Below, in pieces: positions 13,054 to 23,624 of a DNA stretch of 64,000 nucleotides. The position numbers and the translations under genes are program-made. The notes under the pieces are model-generated. The model did not search any database. It was not told where the DNA came from and saw nothing but the letters and a program-made list of their open reading frames with translations. Position 1 is the first letter of the stretch; the number at the start of each line of letters is the position of its first letter. The DNA comes from an uncultured delta proteobacterium (GTDB taxonomy: Bacteria; Myxococcota; Myxococcia; Myxococcales; Myxococcaceae): contig CAVYSY010000022.1 in NCBI GenBank assembly GCA_963771175.1, forward strand, positions 32,001 to 96,000. Direction: 5' to 3'.

Positions 13054-13748
13054 TCAGTCCTCGATCACCCGGGGAAACAGCACGAATCCCAGGCCCCAGT
13101 AAATCAGATTGAACCCGCTGAGCAGCCCGAACCATGAGGGAAGCTGATTCATCGGGTCTCCTTGCAACACGAGCGATGTCGCCTTCGCGGCCGCGAGCAG
13201 CGCTGGAATGATGAGCGGGAACAGCAGCAGCGGGAGCAGCACGTCCCGTGCCCGCGCGTTGCTGGCGATGGCCGAGTACACCGTGCCCGGCGCGCTGATG
13301 GCCATGCAGCCAAGCACCAGGGTGGTGGCGAAAGGACCCACACCCATGACGAGCTGCACCTCGTAGAGCGCCACCATCACGGGAATCAGCAGGGCGCCCA
13401 GGCCCGTGAGCAGCAGGGCGTTGCCCACCGCCTTGGAGAGGAAGATGGCGCGTGCGTCCGCTGGGGCCAGCCGCAGCCCGTCCAGGGTGAGGTTCTCCTG
13501 CTCCACCCGGAAGGACTCGCCCAGCGCGAGCACGCTGGCGAAGAGGAGCGCCAGCCACAGGTAGCCGCCCGCGTTGCGGCGAGCAGCTTCGTGTCCGGGC
13601 CCACCGCGAACGAGAAGAGCAGCAGGGTGGCCAGCGCGAAGAAGATGAGCGCGTTGAGCCGCGCGCGGGTGCGCCACTCGATCAACAGATCCTTGGCCAG
13701 CAGCACCCCCACCGTCTTCAGCAGGGAGATGGGACGTCCGCGCTTCAT
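13054..13748 (-). CDS. ccmB: Heme exporter CcmB (frameshift near 13580)
   Basis: KDLLIEWR, LFASVLALGESFRVE and ARDVLLPLLLFPLIIP motifs. Confidence 0.9.
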
Positions 13749-14407
13749 GCCGCCACCGCCCGGCCCTCTTGCAGGTGCAGGCGCTCCTCGCACAGGGACA
13801 GGCCCTGCTCGATGAGGTGCGTGGCCAGCACCACGGTGACGCCCGAGTCCTTCAGCTCACCGATGATCTTCTCCATGTCCCGGATGCCCGAGGGATCCAG
13901 CTCGCCGAAGGGCTCGTCCAGCAGCGCCACCGCCGGGGCCTTCATCAGCAGGCGGGCGATGGCCAGGCGCTTGCGCATGCCCGCGGAGAACTGGCGCACC
14001 GGGCTGTCCGAGCGCTTCGTCAGCCCCACCTTGGTGAGGAGCTGGCCCGTCACGTCCAGGGGCGAATCGAGCCCCAGCAGCCGAGCCAGCACCAGCAGGT
14101 TCTGGTGCGCGGTGAGGTCCTCATAAAGGAAGCTCGCGTGCGACAGGAGGGCCACCTCGCGGCGGACGGTGTCGCGCTGCTGCACGCAGTCGTTGCCGCG
14201 CACCTCCACCCGGCCGTGGGTGGGCGTGAGCGCGGTGGCCACCAGCCGCATCAGGGTCGTCTTCCCGGAGCCGTTGTGACCGGTGAGCAGCAGGGAGCGA
14301 CCCTGGGGGAGGGTGTAGCTGAGACGCGCGACCGCCCAGTGTCGGCCATAGCGCTTGCTGACATCGTGAATGGCGAGCGCGGGGGGCGCTACGGAGGGAG
14401 CTTCCAT
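13745..14407 (-). CDS. ccmA: Heme exporter ATP-binding protein CcmA
   Basis: Walker A GHNGSGKTT, FSAGMRKRL signature and LLDEPF; first gene of the ccm operon. Confidence 0.92.
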   Translation of the reverse strand: MEAPSVAPPALAIHDVSKRYGRHWAVARLSYTLPQGRSLLLTGHNGSGKTTLMRLVATALTPTHGRVEVRGNDCVQQRDTVRREVALLSHASFLYEDLTAHQNLLVLARLLGLDSPLDVTGQLLTKVGLTKRSDSPVRQFSAGMRKRLAIARLLMKAPAVALLDEPFGELDPSGIRDMEKIIGELKDSGVTVVLATHLIEQGLSLCEERLHLQEGRAVAA

Positions 14408-14855
14408 CGGCGGGAGCGTTCGTAACTGGAAACTTCTCCGTACTCCAGAGAAAGCAGGCTCGGCTGCCTGGTCGGGTGCCTGGAGGCGGGACGCCGGGAC
14501 GTCACCCATGCCCCTCGGGCGACATCTCGGGCCCCAGCGAGTTGGCTGGGGTACAGGGAGGGCTTACCGGGGTCCTGGAAGGGAAATCCTCTGGCACGGA
14601 CCGGGTCCTTCCTGGGGAGGCCTGCCCCGGCACGGGCGGGAAGGTTTTTACAGTCCGAGGGCGCCCGTCTTCGACGCGGAGCGCCACCCGGTCTCACACG
14701 AGGCTGGATGCCGGCACCTGTCTGGGGCGGAACGGAAGATCTTTCGACCCGCTGACGCCGTGGTTGCGCCGCTCCTGACCCGTGGACGTAGCGGATGGGA
14801 ACGGACTTACCTTCCCAGGGAGGTTCAGCCTTCCAGGCTGCTCCCCCCGGGCGTG

Positions 14856-14871
14856 TGGCACCCCGCATGCA
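14856..14871 (+). promoter_or_regulatory. Sigma54 (-24/-12) promoter upstream of the exoL-like gene
   Basis: TGGCACCCCGCATGCA has GG-N10-GC spacing and matches TGGCAC-N5-(T)TGCA. It lies about 50 bp before the ATG at 14922. Confidence 0.75.
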
Positions 14872-14921
14872 AACGACCCAGGGCGAGGAGTCTGGGCGAC
14901 GGCACCTGGGAGGAAGCAACA

Positions 14922-16100
14922 ATGGATGGGCGGGGAATGGTGCGGAGGGCGATGAAATCCGTGGCGGCGGGGGTGCTTCATCACAGTGGCCTTCGCAAGG
15001 CGATGTCGACGTGGCAACGGCACCAGTCGGGTGGGCGGCGCATCCTCATCGTCAGTTATCACCGGGTCGTGAACGACTTCATGGGCGAGCTCCAGCGCTC
15101 CATTCCGGGCCTGCTCATCTCGCGGGAGACCTTTCGCCGGCACCTGGAGGAGCTCTCCGCCGCTGGCTACGACCTCGTCAGCCTCGGGGATGCCCTGGAC
15201 GTGATGGGCGGGCGCCGCGCGGCGAAGAAGGACCTGTGCGTCGTCTCCTTCGACGACGGTTACCGCGACGTGTACTGGCACGCCTACCCCATCCTCAAGG
15301 AGCTGGGGGTGCCGGCGATGATCTACCTGCCAGCGGAGCTCATCGGCACCGACCGGCGCTTCAACCATGATCGGCTCTTCCACCTGCTGCGGCTCGCGCG
15401 GGCCCGGGGTGACCAGCCGCGGTTCGACGTGCTGCCCGCGCCCACCGCGGAGCTGCTGGAGACCGTGCTCTCCGGCCGCATGCGGGTGTCGGCGGCGCTC
15501 GACGACTTCATCGGCCAGCACCCCACCACCACGCTCGTGGAGACGATCCACGCGCTGGAGGATCGGCTCGGCCCCGGTCCAGACCTCTTGCCCGAGCAGG
15601 GGGAACTGATGGGCTGGGACGAGGTGCGGCGCATGGTGAAGGATGGCTTCGAGTTCGGCGCGCACACCCTGGGCCACCTCGTGCTGACGCACGAGCCGCT
15701 CGACGTGGTGGAGCGAGAGGTTCGCGAGTCCAAGGCCATCATCGAGCGCGAGACCGGCCTCTCCGTGCGTGACTTCGCCTACTGCAATGGCTGGTACTCG
15801 GACGAGCTCATCGGCGTGCTGAAGCGCAACGGCTTCCGCTCGGCCGTCACCACCGAGGACATGCCCAACCGCATCGGTGGCGACCCGTTCACCCTCAAGC
15901 GCAAGGTGCTCTGGGAGAACTTCAGCCGGGGCCTGGGTGGCGAGTACTCGTCGTGCCTCACCGCGTGCCAGCTCGATGACTGCTTCGGGATGCTGGGCAT
16001 GCGCAGCCCCGTGCTGGGCCGGCGCCCGCAGCGGACAAGGGATTCGTCCACCACCGCCACCGTGAGCCGCACCGGCTCGCCGGCGGAGGTGACCTGGTGA
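14922..16100 (+). CDS. exoL: Polysaccharide deacetylase (ExoL-like)
   Basis: IVSYHRV, VVSFDDGYRD, FGAHTLGH and FAYCNG NodB-type motifs. First gene of a deacetylase-Wzx-acetyltransferase-GT-GT cluster as in M. xanthus exoL-P. Confidence 0.85.
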   Translation: MDGRGMVRRAMKSVAAGVLHHSGLRKAMSTWQRHQSGGRRILIVSYHRVVNDFMGELQRSIPGLLISRETFRRHLEELSAAGYDLVSLGDALDVMGGRRAAKKDLCVVSFDDGYRDVYWHAYPILKELGVPAMIYLPAELIGTDRRFNHDRLFHLLRLARARGDQPRFDVLPAPTAELLETVLSGRMRVSAALDDFIGQHPTTTLVETIHALEDRLGPGPDLLPEQGELMGWDEVRRMVKDGFEFGAHTLGHLVLTHEPLDVVEREVRESKAIIERETGLSVRDFAYCNGWYSDELIGVLKRNGFRSAVTTEDMPNRIGGDPFTLKRKVLWENFSRGLGGEYSSCLTACQLDDCFGMLGMRSPVLGRRPQRTRDSSTTATVSRTGSPAEVTW

Positions 16101-17617
16101 ACGGAAGCCCGGCGCGAGCCGCGCCCGCCGCTTCGTTCCTGGGGAAGGCGGGCCCCCTGGTCCTCGCCCGGCTGTTCACCGCCGGGCTCACGGTGTTCAT
16201 TCCCCTCGTCCTGGCGCGGGTGCTGAGCCTCGAGGAGTACGGCACCTACTACCAGCTCTTCCTCATCGCCACGACGCTCTACCATGTGCTGCCCTTCGGG
16301 GTGGTGCAGAGCCTCTACTACTTCCTGCCTCGCGCCGAGGAGAAGCGACCCTGGCTGGGCCAGACGTTGCTCTTCATGACTGGCGCGGGGCTGTTGGGCG
16401 CGGCGCTCGTGTGGGGGCTGCTCGGGCCCGTTGCGGGGCTGTTCGACAACCCGGCGCTGCTCGAGTACCGGGGCGCGCTCGCCGCCTATACCGGGCTGTG
16501 GCTCGGCTCCTTCCCGCTGGAGATCTCCCTCACCAGCCAGGGCCGGACGAAGCAGTCCGCGCTCGTGTACCTGGTGTCGGACGCGTTGCGCTCGGCGACC
16601 ATGGTGGTGCCGTGCCTGCTGGGCGCCGGGCTGCGGGGGATGATGCTGGCGGTGGTGGGCTTCGCCGCCCTGCGCTACGTGGCCACCTGGGCGGTGGTGC
16701 CGCGGGGGACCACCGGACCGCTGGTGCGCCCGGGGCTATGGCGCGAGCAGCTCGTCTACGCGGCGCCCTTCGGCGCGGCCATGTTGCTCGCCAATCCCCA
16801 GCAGAACGCCCACTTCTATGTGGTGGCGGGCTCGGTGGCTCCAGCCCTCTACGCCCTCTACCGCGTGGGCTGCTTCCAGCTCCCCGTGGTGGACCTGTTC
16901 TACACGCCCACCAGTGAGGTGCTCATGGTGCGCCTGGGCGAGCTGGAGAAGCAGGGGCGTCTGGAGGAGGGCGTGGGGGCCTTCCGCGAGGCCGCGGGCA
17001 GGCTGGCCTTCGCCTTCCTCCCCCTGGCCGCGTTCCTCTTCTCCGCCGCGCCCGAGTTCATCGGTGCGCTCTTCGGCACGAAGTTCCTCCCGGCCGTTCC
17101 CATCTTCCGGGTGAGCGTGCTGGGCGTGGTGCTCGCCATCCTTCCCATGGACGGCGTACTGCGCGCTCGCGGGCACACGCGGGCCATCCTTCTCTCGTAC
17201 CTGCTCAAGGCGGTGGTGACGGTGCCGCTCCTCTGGTGGGGCGTGCGCCAGTTCGGAACGCTGGGAGGGATCGGGTCCTGGGCCATCGCCGAGGTGGTGG
17301 GCAAGAGCGCGCTGCTCGCCCGCGTGCCGGCGGCGCTGTCCTCCCCGGCGCGGGCCCTGCGCATCCGGGACGTCATCCCCTGGCGCGAGCTGGGCAAGGC
17401 CTCGCTCGCGGCCGTGGCGGCGGCCGTGGCTGTCTTCCTGCTGCGCGCCAGCATGGTGCACGTCTGGGCCGGTCTTCCCGAGGGCATCCTCTGGAGGGCC
17501 CTGCCGCTCGCGCTCGCCGGCCTGCTGTTCCTCGTGGGTTACATGGGCGTCCTCCATGCCACCGGGGTGAGGCCGCTGAGCGTCCTCGCCAGTCCGCGTG
17601 CCCGCCGCGCCGGGTGA
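16097..17617 (+). CDS. exoM: Wzx-type polysaccharide flippase (ExoM-like)
   Basis: LVLARVLSLEEYGTY MATE/Wzx-like N-terminus, many TM helices, GTGA overlap with the upstream gene. Confidence 0.82.
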   Translation: MNGSPARAAPAASFLGKAGPLVLARLFTAGLTVFIPLVLARVLSLEEYGTYYQLFLIATTLYHVLPFGVVQSLYYFLPRAEEKRPWLGQTLLFMTGAGLLGAALVWGLLGPVAGLFDNPALLEYRGALAAYTGLWLGSFPLEISLTSQGRTKQSALVYLVSDALRSATMVVPCLLGAGLRGMMLAVVGFAALRYVATWAVVPRGTTGPLVRPGLWREQLVYAAPFGAAMLLANPQQNAHFYVVAGSVAPALYALYRVGCFQLPVVDLFYTPTSEVLMVRLGELEKQGRLEEGVGAFREAAGRLAFAFLPLAAFLFSAAPEFIGALFGTKFLPAVPIFRVSVLGVVLAILPMDGVLRARGHTRAILLSYLLKAVVTVPLLWWGVRQFGTLGGIGSWAIAEVVGKSALLARVPAALSSPARALRIRDVIPWRELGKASLAAVAAAVAVFLLRASMVHVWAGLPEGILWRALPLALAGLLFLVGYMGVLHATGVRPLSVLASPRARRAG

Positions 17618-17726
17618 GCCCCCGAGCACATGTAGGTGATGGACGCTTGGGGGCCGGGGGGACTCCCGCCCTGGATGGCCGGTACCTAGCTTGGGGGTGC
17701 GAATCGACAGGGAGAGGAGCGGCGTG

Positions 17727-18258
17727 ATGGGCATCGATGCGATGATGCTGTACCGGATGGGCCGCGAGCTGTACCTGCGGGGCATCCCCGTGTTGCCTGC
17801 CGTGCTGCGCAAGGCCATCCACTGTCTGCATGGCTCGTACATCCCGTTCGAGGCGGAGATCGGCGAGGGCACGCAGCTCGGCTACGGCGGCATGGGCATC
17901 GTCATCCACAAGGACGCGAGGATCGGCCGGCACTGCCTGCATCTCCCACCAGGTGACCATTGGTGGACGCTCGGGGCTCAAGGAGCTGCCGGTGATCGGC
18001 GACTACGTGCGTATCGGCGCGGGCGCCAAGATTCTCGGCAATATCCACATTGGAGACTTCGCCGTGATCGGCGCCAACGCGGTGGTGGTGAAGGACGTGG
18101 CTCCCGGCGCGGTGGTGGGCGGCATCCCGGCCAGGGAGATCCGCAGGGATCCGGATCCGCTCGCCACCTACGAGCGCGAGATGGGGCTGTGCCCGCAACC
18201 GACGCGGCGCCCCGAGGTCGTCCAGTCCGTTTCGCCAGTGTCGTCCACCGCGCAGTAA
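17727..18258 (+). CDS. exoN: Serine O-acetyltransferase-like hexapeptide protein (ExoN-like); frameshift near 17940
   Basis: [45 protein letters not shown] and [11 protein letters not shown]. Confidence 0.82.
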
Positions 18259-18270
18259 AGGGTGCCGAGC

Positions 18271-19330
18271 ATGCGAGTGCTCCTCGTCGGTGACCATCCA
18301 CCCCCGCACGGAGGTGTGGCGGTGCACGTCCAGCAGCTCCACGGGTACCTGCGTGACCATGGGGTGGAGGCGAGGGTGCTGGATATCGGGAAGGGTGGCC
18401 ATCCGGCTCCGGACGTCATCCCGGTGCGCACCCCGACTCAATACGGCACGCGGCTGGCGGGCTTCCTCCGTGAGGGGTGGACGGTCCACGTCCACACCAG
18501 CGGCAACAACCCGAAGTCCTGGATGCTCGCGGCCACCGCGGGCATCCGGGCGCGCGCGCCCCGTGTCATCACCCTGCACTCGGGGCTGCTGCCGGACTAC
18601 CTGGCCTCCTCGCTGTCGCGCCGGGCCTTCGCCCGGGTGGCCCTGGCCGGCTACTCGCGCGTGGTGGCCGTGTCCGAGGCGGTGCGCGAGGCGCTCCTCC
18701 GCTGCGGCACTCCCGAGGAGAAGCTCGTGGTGTACCCGGCCTTCTGCGGCTCGCAGGTGCGGCCGGGGCCGGTGACGCAGGCGGTGCAGGAGGCGCGGAT
18801 CCGCCGCAAGCCCCTGCTGGCCATGGCGCACCACCCGTCACCCGTCTATGGGCGCAAGCTGATGTTCCGCGCGCTGCGGATGATCGCGGACGAGCTGCCC
18901 GGGGTGGGGCTCGCCGTCTTCGGGCTCGGCACCCGCTCGGAGGAGTTCCTCCGCGATGCCCGGGAGTTCCAGGTGGAGGAGTTCCTCGATGACCTGGGCG
19001 AGCTGGAGCACCCGCGGGCGCTCGCGTTGATGGCGCGCTGCGATGCCTTCATCCGGCCCACCACGCACGATGGGGATGCCATCTCCGGTGCGCGAGGCGC
19101 TCGCGCTCGGCGTGCCGTGCGTGGCCAGCGACGTGTGCGCGCGGCCTCATGGGGCCTACACCTTCCGCGCCGGCAACGCGGTGGACCTGACGGACCAGGT
19201 GCACCATGCGCTCGAGCACGGACCCGCGCAGGTGGTGTCACCGGACGCCGGACCGGTGCTGCTGAAGCTGTACGGCGATCTGGCGCAACCCACGATTCTG
19301 GGAGGAGGCGAGACTCATGCGGCGCATTGA
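18271..19330 (+). CDS. exoO: GT4 family glycosyltransferase (ExoO-like); frameshift near 19085
   Basis: PPPHGGVAVHV, VAVSEAV, DAFIRPT..DGDAISVREALALGVPCVASDV. Confidence 0.8.
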
Positions 19331-20531
19331 GGACCTGGAGCTGGCCCGCCGGGCGCTTCGAGGCAGGGACCTGGTGGTCTTCTCCAACGACTGGGATGGG
19401 GACCCGCTGTCCAAGGTCCACATCATGCGGATTCTCTCCAGGGACAACCGCGTCCTCTGGGTCAACAGCATCGGCAACCGCGCGCCGAAGGCCAATGCGC
19501 ACGACGTGAAGCGCATCTGGAACAAGCTGGCCGCGCTTCACCGAGGGCATCCGCGAGGTCGAGCCGAACCTCTTCGTGCTCGCGCCGCTGGCGATTCCCT
19601 TCTACGGCTCGGAGCTGGTGCGCGCGGCCAACCGCACGCCTGCTGCGGGCTGCAGGTGCTGCGGGCCATGCGGCAGCTCCACTTCAAGCGGCCCATCTCC
19701 TGGTCCTTCCTGCCGGCCTCGGCGCCGGTGTCCGGCACGCTGGGCGAGGAGTTCGTCGTCTACCACTGCGTGGACGAGTTCTCCGCCTTCAGCGACACCA
19801 ACGGCGCGCCACATCGCGCGAGATGGAGGAGCAGCTGCTGCGCCGGGCGGACCTCGTCATCACCTCGGCGGAGCGGCTGCGCGACAACAAGGTGAAGGTC
19901 AACCCGAACACGGTGCTGGTGCGCCACGGCGTGGACTTCGACCACTTCGTGAAGGCGTGCGACCCGGCCACGAAGATTCCCGAGGACATCGCGAACCTGC
20001 CCAGGCCCGTCTTCGGCTTCTTCGGGCTGGTGGCGGACTGGGTGGACCTGGAGGCGATCGCCGCGACGGCGCGGGCGCATCCCGAGGGCTCGGTGGTGGT
20101 GATCGGCAAGGTGGCGCCGGACGTGGACCACGTCGGCGCTGAGGGCCGAGCCCAACATCCACCTGCTGGGCCGCAAGCCGCTACGTGGAGCTGCCGGGCT
20201 ACTGCCGCGGCCTTCGACGTGGCGCTCATGCCCTTCAACGGTCGAACGAGCTCACGCTCAACGCCAACCCGCTGAAGGTGCGCGAGTACCTGGCCGCGGG
20301 CCTGCCGGTGGTGTCCACGGACATCCCCGAGGTGCGCAAGGTGGGCCTGTGCAAGGTGGCGCAGCGACACCGAGGACTTCGTCCGGAAGGTGGACGAGTG
20401 CCTCGCCGAGGGCGCCGGCCCGACCGCGAGCGCGCCGAGCCGCATCCGCCACGAGAGCTGGGAGGCCAAGGTCGAGGAGATCCGCCGGCTTCGTGGGCGA
20501 GGCCATGGTGAAGGCCGGACGCGGGTTGTAG
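19317..20531 (+). CDS. exoP: Glycosyltransferase (ExoP-like); several frameshifts
   Basis: FSNDWDGDPLSKVH, VYHCVDEFSAF, ADLVITSA, RHGVDFDHF, FGFFGLVADWVD and NPLKVREYLAAGLPVVST. Confidence 0.8.
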
Positions 20532-20658
20532 ACAGACGGGAGCCCCGATTGCCTGGGAAGGAGATTGCTGCAGGACTCCTTCCTCCGGCATCCTTTGGCT
20601 CATGTCCGCTGAGAGAGACCTCATTGAGCCTGCGCGTTACATTTGCTTGAGCCGGACC

Positions 20659-21590
20659 ATGAGGGCTTGGCCCTTGGCGTGGGGGCTGCTGTTGGCGTGC
20701 GCCTGTGCAACGGACGGCGGCCAGCGGGAAGGCCGTGAGCCGGAGGTCGCGAATGCGCTTGCCTGTGAGTCGGTGCAGGGGCCCGCACGAGTGATGCTGG
20801 AGGCTCCTTCGGGCACCCTGGTGGCCCTACACTCGCTGACCCAGCGCGCGCCGGTGGAATTGCAGCCGGGCCCAGTTCGAGCAAGTCATGGCGCGATTGG
20901 TAGCCGAGCTGCCGGGTTCACCTGCGCCTTTCCTGATGCGGTTGGACCTGAGAATGGGCACCGCCGGGAGCACGGGCAGAGCAGCAAGGAGTGGTGCGCG
21001 ACTACCAGGACTGGTGCGTTCAAGGAGGGCGCGGCACTGACTGTCTGTCCCTACTGGGAGAGGATCTGTACCTCGACGAGGACGAGCGGACGGACATGGC
21101 ACTGATGCTCGCCTTGCGAGAATTTGTGGCCAGGGGTGGAGGCGGTGGTGAAGGCCTCGGTGGAGCCCGACCAGCTCCGGATGGCGGTATTCACCTCACT
21201 CTCCGTGTATCTGGGGCTGCTGCTACTCCCAGAGCCGACCTCGAAGCTGGTGGCAGTGTCGATGACAGGCGTGCTCCTGGCCTATCTGGGGGCGGAGACT
21301 TCTCAGGCCTCGTGGAGGGGTATAGGCAACTCAAGGCCGATGCACGGCGGGCACGCAGTTTCGGGGAGCTGAGGGCCGCCGGGGAGCGCTACGGCCGAAT
21401 CATTGGGGAGCGGGTGGGGCAGGTGCTGGTGATGGCGGCGACGGCGGTGGTGGGGTGGGGGAGCCACATGACGATTTATTCCTGGCACCACCATCAGGAC
21501 GTTGGCCGGATGCAGCTCATCACCGATAGTGCTCATGATCTTGCGAAGCCGCATACGGGCGGAATGGCCATCTGGGGTGGCGGGTATTGA
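20659..21590 (+). pseudogene. SitA5-like lipoprotein toxin remnant ending in a WHH (HNH/EndoVII) nuclease tip
   Basis: Lipobox (LLLACAC), SitA5-type body (DCLSLL, LLLPEPTSKLVA, LLAYLG, ELRAAGERYG..IG...VLVMAATA) spread over three frames, joined abruptly to YSWHHHQDVGRMQLI...H...HTGGMAIWGGG. Confidence 0.7.
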
Positions 21591-21609
21591 CGGTTTCATC
21601 GAGGGTTCA

Positions 21610-22057
21610 ATGATGGATATCCGCTGGGAGAGCTACGTCTGGAAGGAGCCACGTCCTGTTGATTCCTCCGAGGTCGAGCGGCTCGAAGCCTTGTGGCAGG
21701 TCTCGTTGCCTGGTGAATTCAGAGAAGGTTGTCGCAGCCCATCAGGGCATGGCTCCCGAGCCTTGTGTCTTCAGAGGTGGGCGAGAGGCGCCAATGTATT
21801 CAGCGTTCTCTTGACGGTGACCAGGGATGCTGAGCGCGCGAGCTACTCCATCCAGGATTCATACGACGTTCGCAGTCCGCTCCCATGTCCCTTTGGGGAT
21901 CTATCCGTTTGGGAAGACGCCGGGTGGAGAGTACCTTTGCTTTGACTACAGAGGTTCCGCCAATCCGCCCCGGGTGGTCCTGGTAACGGTCGGGATGTCT
22001 GTTATCCCTGTGGCCAGTAGCTTCCAGGAACTGCTGGAGGGGTTGCATGACGATTGA
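21610..22057 (+). CDS. SMI1/KNR4 (SUKH) family immunity protein; frameshifted
   Basis: EVERLEALWQVSLPGEF...YPFGKTPGGEYLCFDYR...PRVV...VASSFQELLEGL; directly follows the WHH toxin tip. Confidence 0.82.
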
Positions 22058-22231
22058 GGGCGAACGCATGAGCGCCAGGGGCCCTTCGGTTCATGTGGGC
22101 CGTGGAGCATCCGACGGAGCCCGGGCGCCGCGTGTCTCCTGCCCGTCATTCTCCTGGCGCGCGCTGGCTGCTCGGCGGCCCCATGCACAGATTCCCTGGC
22201 ACTCGACTCGGCGGAGGGGAGAAGCGGGCGC

Positions 22232-22780
22232 ATGGAGCGAAGCAGGTCAACGGCGAGGGTGTGGGGGCTCCTGCTGGGCGCGATGCTGATCGCGTGCGCG
22301 GCGGAGGCCCGGCAGGTGGCGGGTGTGCAGATGCCGGACTCGCTCACGCTGGCCGGGCGGCGCATCTCGCTGGCCCACATGGAGCTGAAGGAGAAGCTCT
22401 TCGTCAATGTCTACGTCTGGTCGCTCTACCTGGAGCAGCTACCCCGGCACGAGTCCGAGGCCATCGACACCAACTGCATCAAGCGGCTTCAATTCCGCTT
22501 CCTGCGCACGGTGCGGAAGGAGCAGCTCGTGGAGGCCTTCCGCGAAGGCCTCTCCACCAACTCCGCCATGCGGAGCCCTTCCATGCAGAAGAACCTGGAA
22601 CTGCTGCTCTCCTCGCTGCGGGACGTGGGCGAGGGCCAGGAGCTCGTCCTCACCTACGTTCCCGGCGGGGGGCTCCAGGTCTCCGGCGATGCCTCCGGTG
22701 GCCTCAGTATTCCAGGCAAGCCCTTCGCGGACGCGCTCTTCGCCTCCTGGCTGGAGATGCACCCCATCTTCCCCCGCTGA
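22232..22780 (+). CDS. Chalcone isomerase-like exported protein
   Basis: Signal peptide, VAGVQMPDSLTL, KLFVNVYVWSLYL, LQFRFLR and IPGKPFADALFASWL. Confidence 0.75.
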   Translation: MERSRSTARVWGLLLGAMLIACAAEARQVAGVQMPDSLTLAGRRISLAHMELKEKLFVNVYVWSLYLEQLPRHESEAIDTNCIKRLQFRFLRTVRKEQLVEAFREGLSTNSAMRSPSMQKNLELLLSSLRDVGEGQELVLTYVPGGGLQVSGDASGGLSIPGKPFADALFASWLEMHPIFPR

Positions 22781-22801
22781 GCCGGAGGGGGCGCGCCAGG
22801 T

Positions 22802-23536
22802 CTAGAGAATGCCGCCGGTGGGTCGGACGTTCTGTGCGCTCAACCACCGGGCATCGTTCGAGGCCAGGAAGCCAACGACGTCGGCGATGTCCTCGGGCTG
22901 TCCCAGCCGCCCCAGCGGCGTCATGGCGATCGTCCGAGCGAGCACCTCCTTCGACATGCTCAGGGCGTCCGTCTCGACGGCTCCGGGCGAGACGATGTTG
23001 ACCGTCACCTGCCGGGCCCCAAGCTCCTTGGCCAGCGCGAGGGCGAACAGCTCGGTGGCGGACTTGCTGCCCGAGTAGAGGCCCGCGCCCGGCACCGCCC
23101 GGGCCGTCCCCCCGGTCGAGACCAGGATGATGCGTCCGCCGTCGCGCACCCGCCTCGCCGCCTCCTGCAGCACGAAGAACGCGCCCCGGGTGTTCAGCGC
23201 GAACACCCGATCGAAGTCCTCCTCGGTGACCTCGAGCGTGGGCTTGAAGAGGCCAATCGCCGCGTTGACCACCACGATGTCGAGGTGCCCGAAGGTGCGC
23301 TCGGCTTCGTCGAAGAGCGCGCGGATGTCGGCGACCTTCGCCATGTCACCCCGCACGGCGATCGCTCGGCGGTCGAGCGTGGCGAGTGTCCGCACGACCT
23401 CCTCCGCCTTCTCCTGGTTGCTGGCGTAGTTGACGACCACGTTCGCGCCGTCCTTCGCGAGGCGCAGGGCAATGGCCCGGCCAATACCCCGCGATGCTCC
23501 CGTGATCAGCGCCGTCTTTCCCTTCAGCTGTCCCAT
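22802..23536 (-). CDS. Short-chain dehydrogenase/reductase
   Basis: TGASRGIG, VNAA, YSGSK (YxxxK) and PLGRLGQPEDIA. Confidence 0.93.
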   Translation of the reverse strand: MGQLKGKTALITGASRGIGRAIALRLAKDGANVVVNYASNQEKAEEVVRTLATLDRRAIAVRGDMAKVADIRALFDEAERTFGHLDIVVVNAAIGLFKPTLEVTEEDFDRVFALNTRGAFFVLQEAARRVRDGGRIILVSTGGTARAVPGAGLYSGSKSATELFALALAKELGARQVTVNIVSPGAVETDALSMSKEVLARTIAMTPLGRLGQPEDIADVVGFLASNDARWLSAQNVRPTGGIL

Positions 23537-23624
23537 GCCGCTTCTTTCTCGATGGAGGAAAAAGGCGGCATGCTACCCAGCGGCCCGGCCGCGCGGGGTC
23601 CGCCAACAGGCGGACCCCCTGGGA

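Noticed and set aside
14592..14607. TGGCACG as a second sigma54 site
   Set aside because: Lacks the -12 GC at the required spacing.
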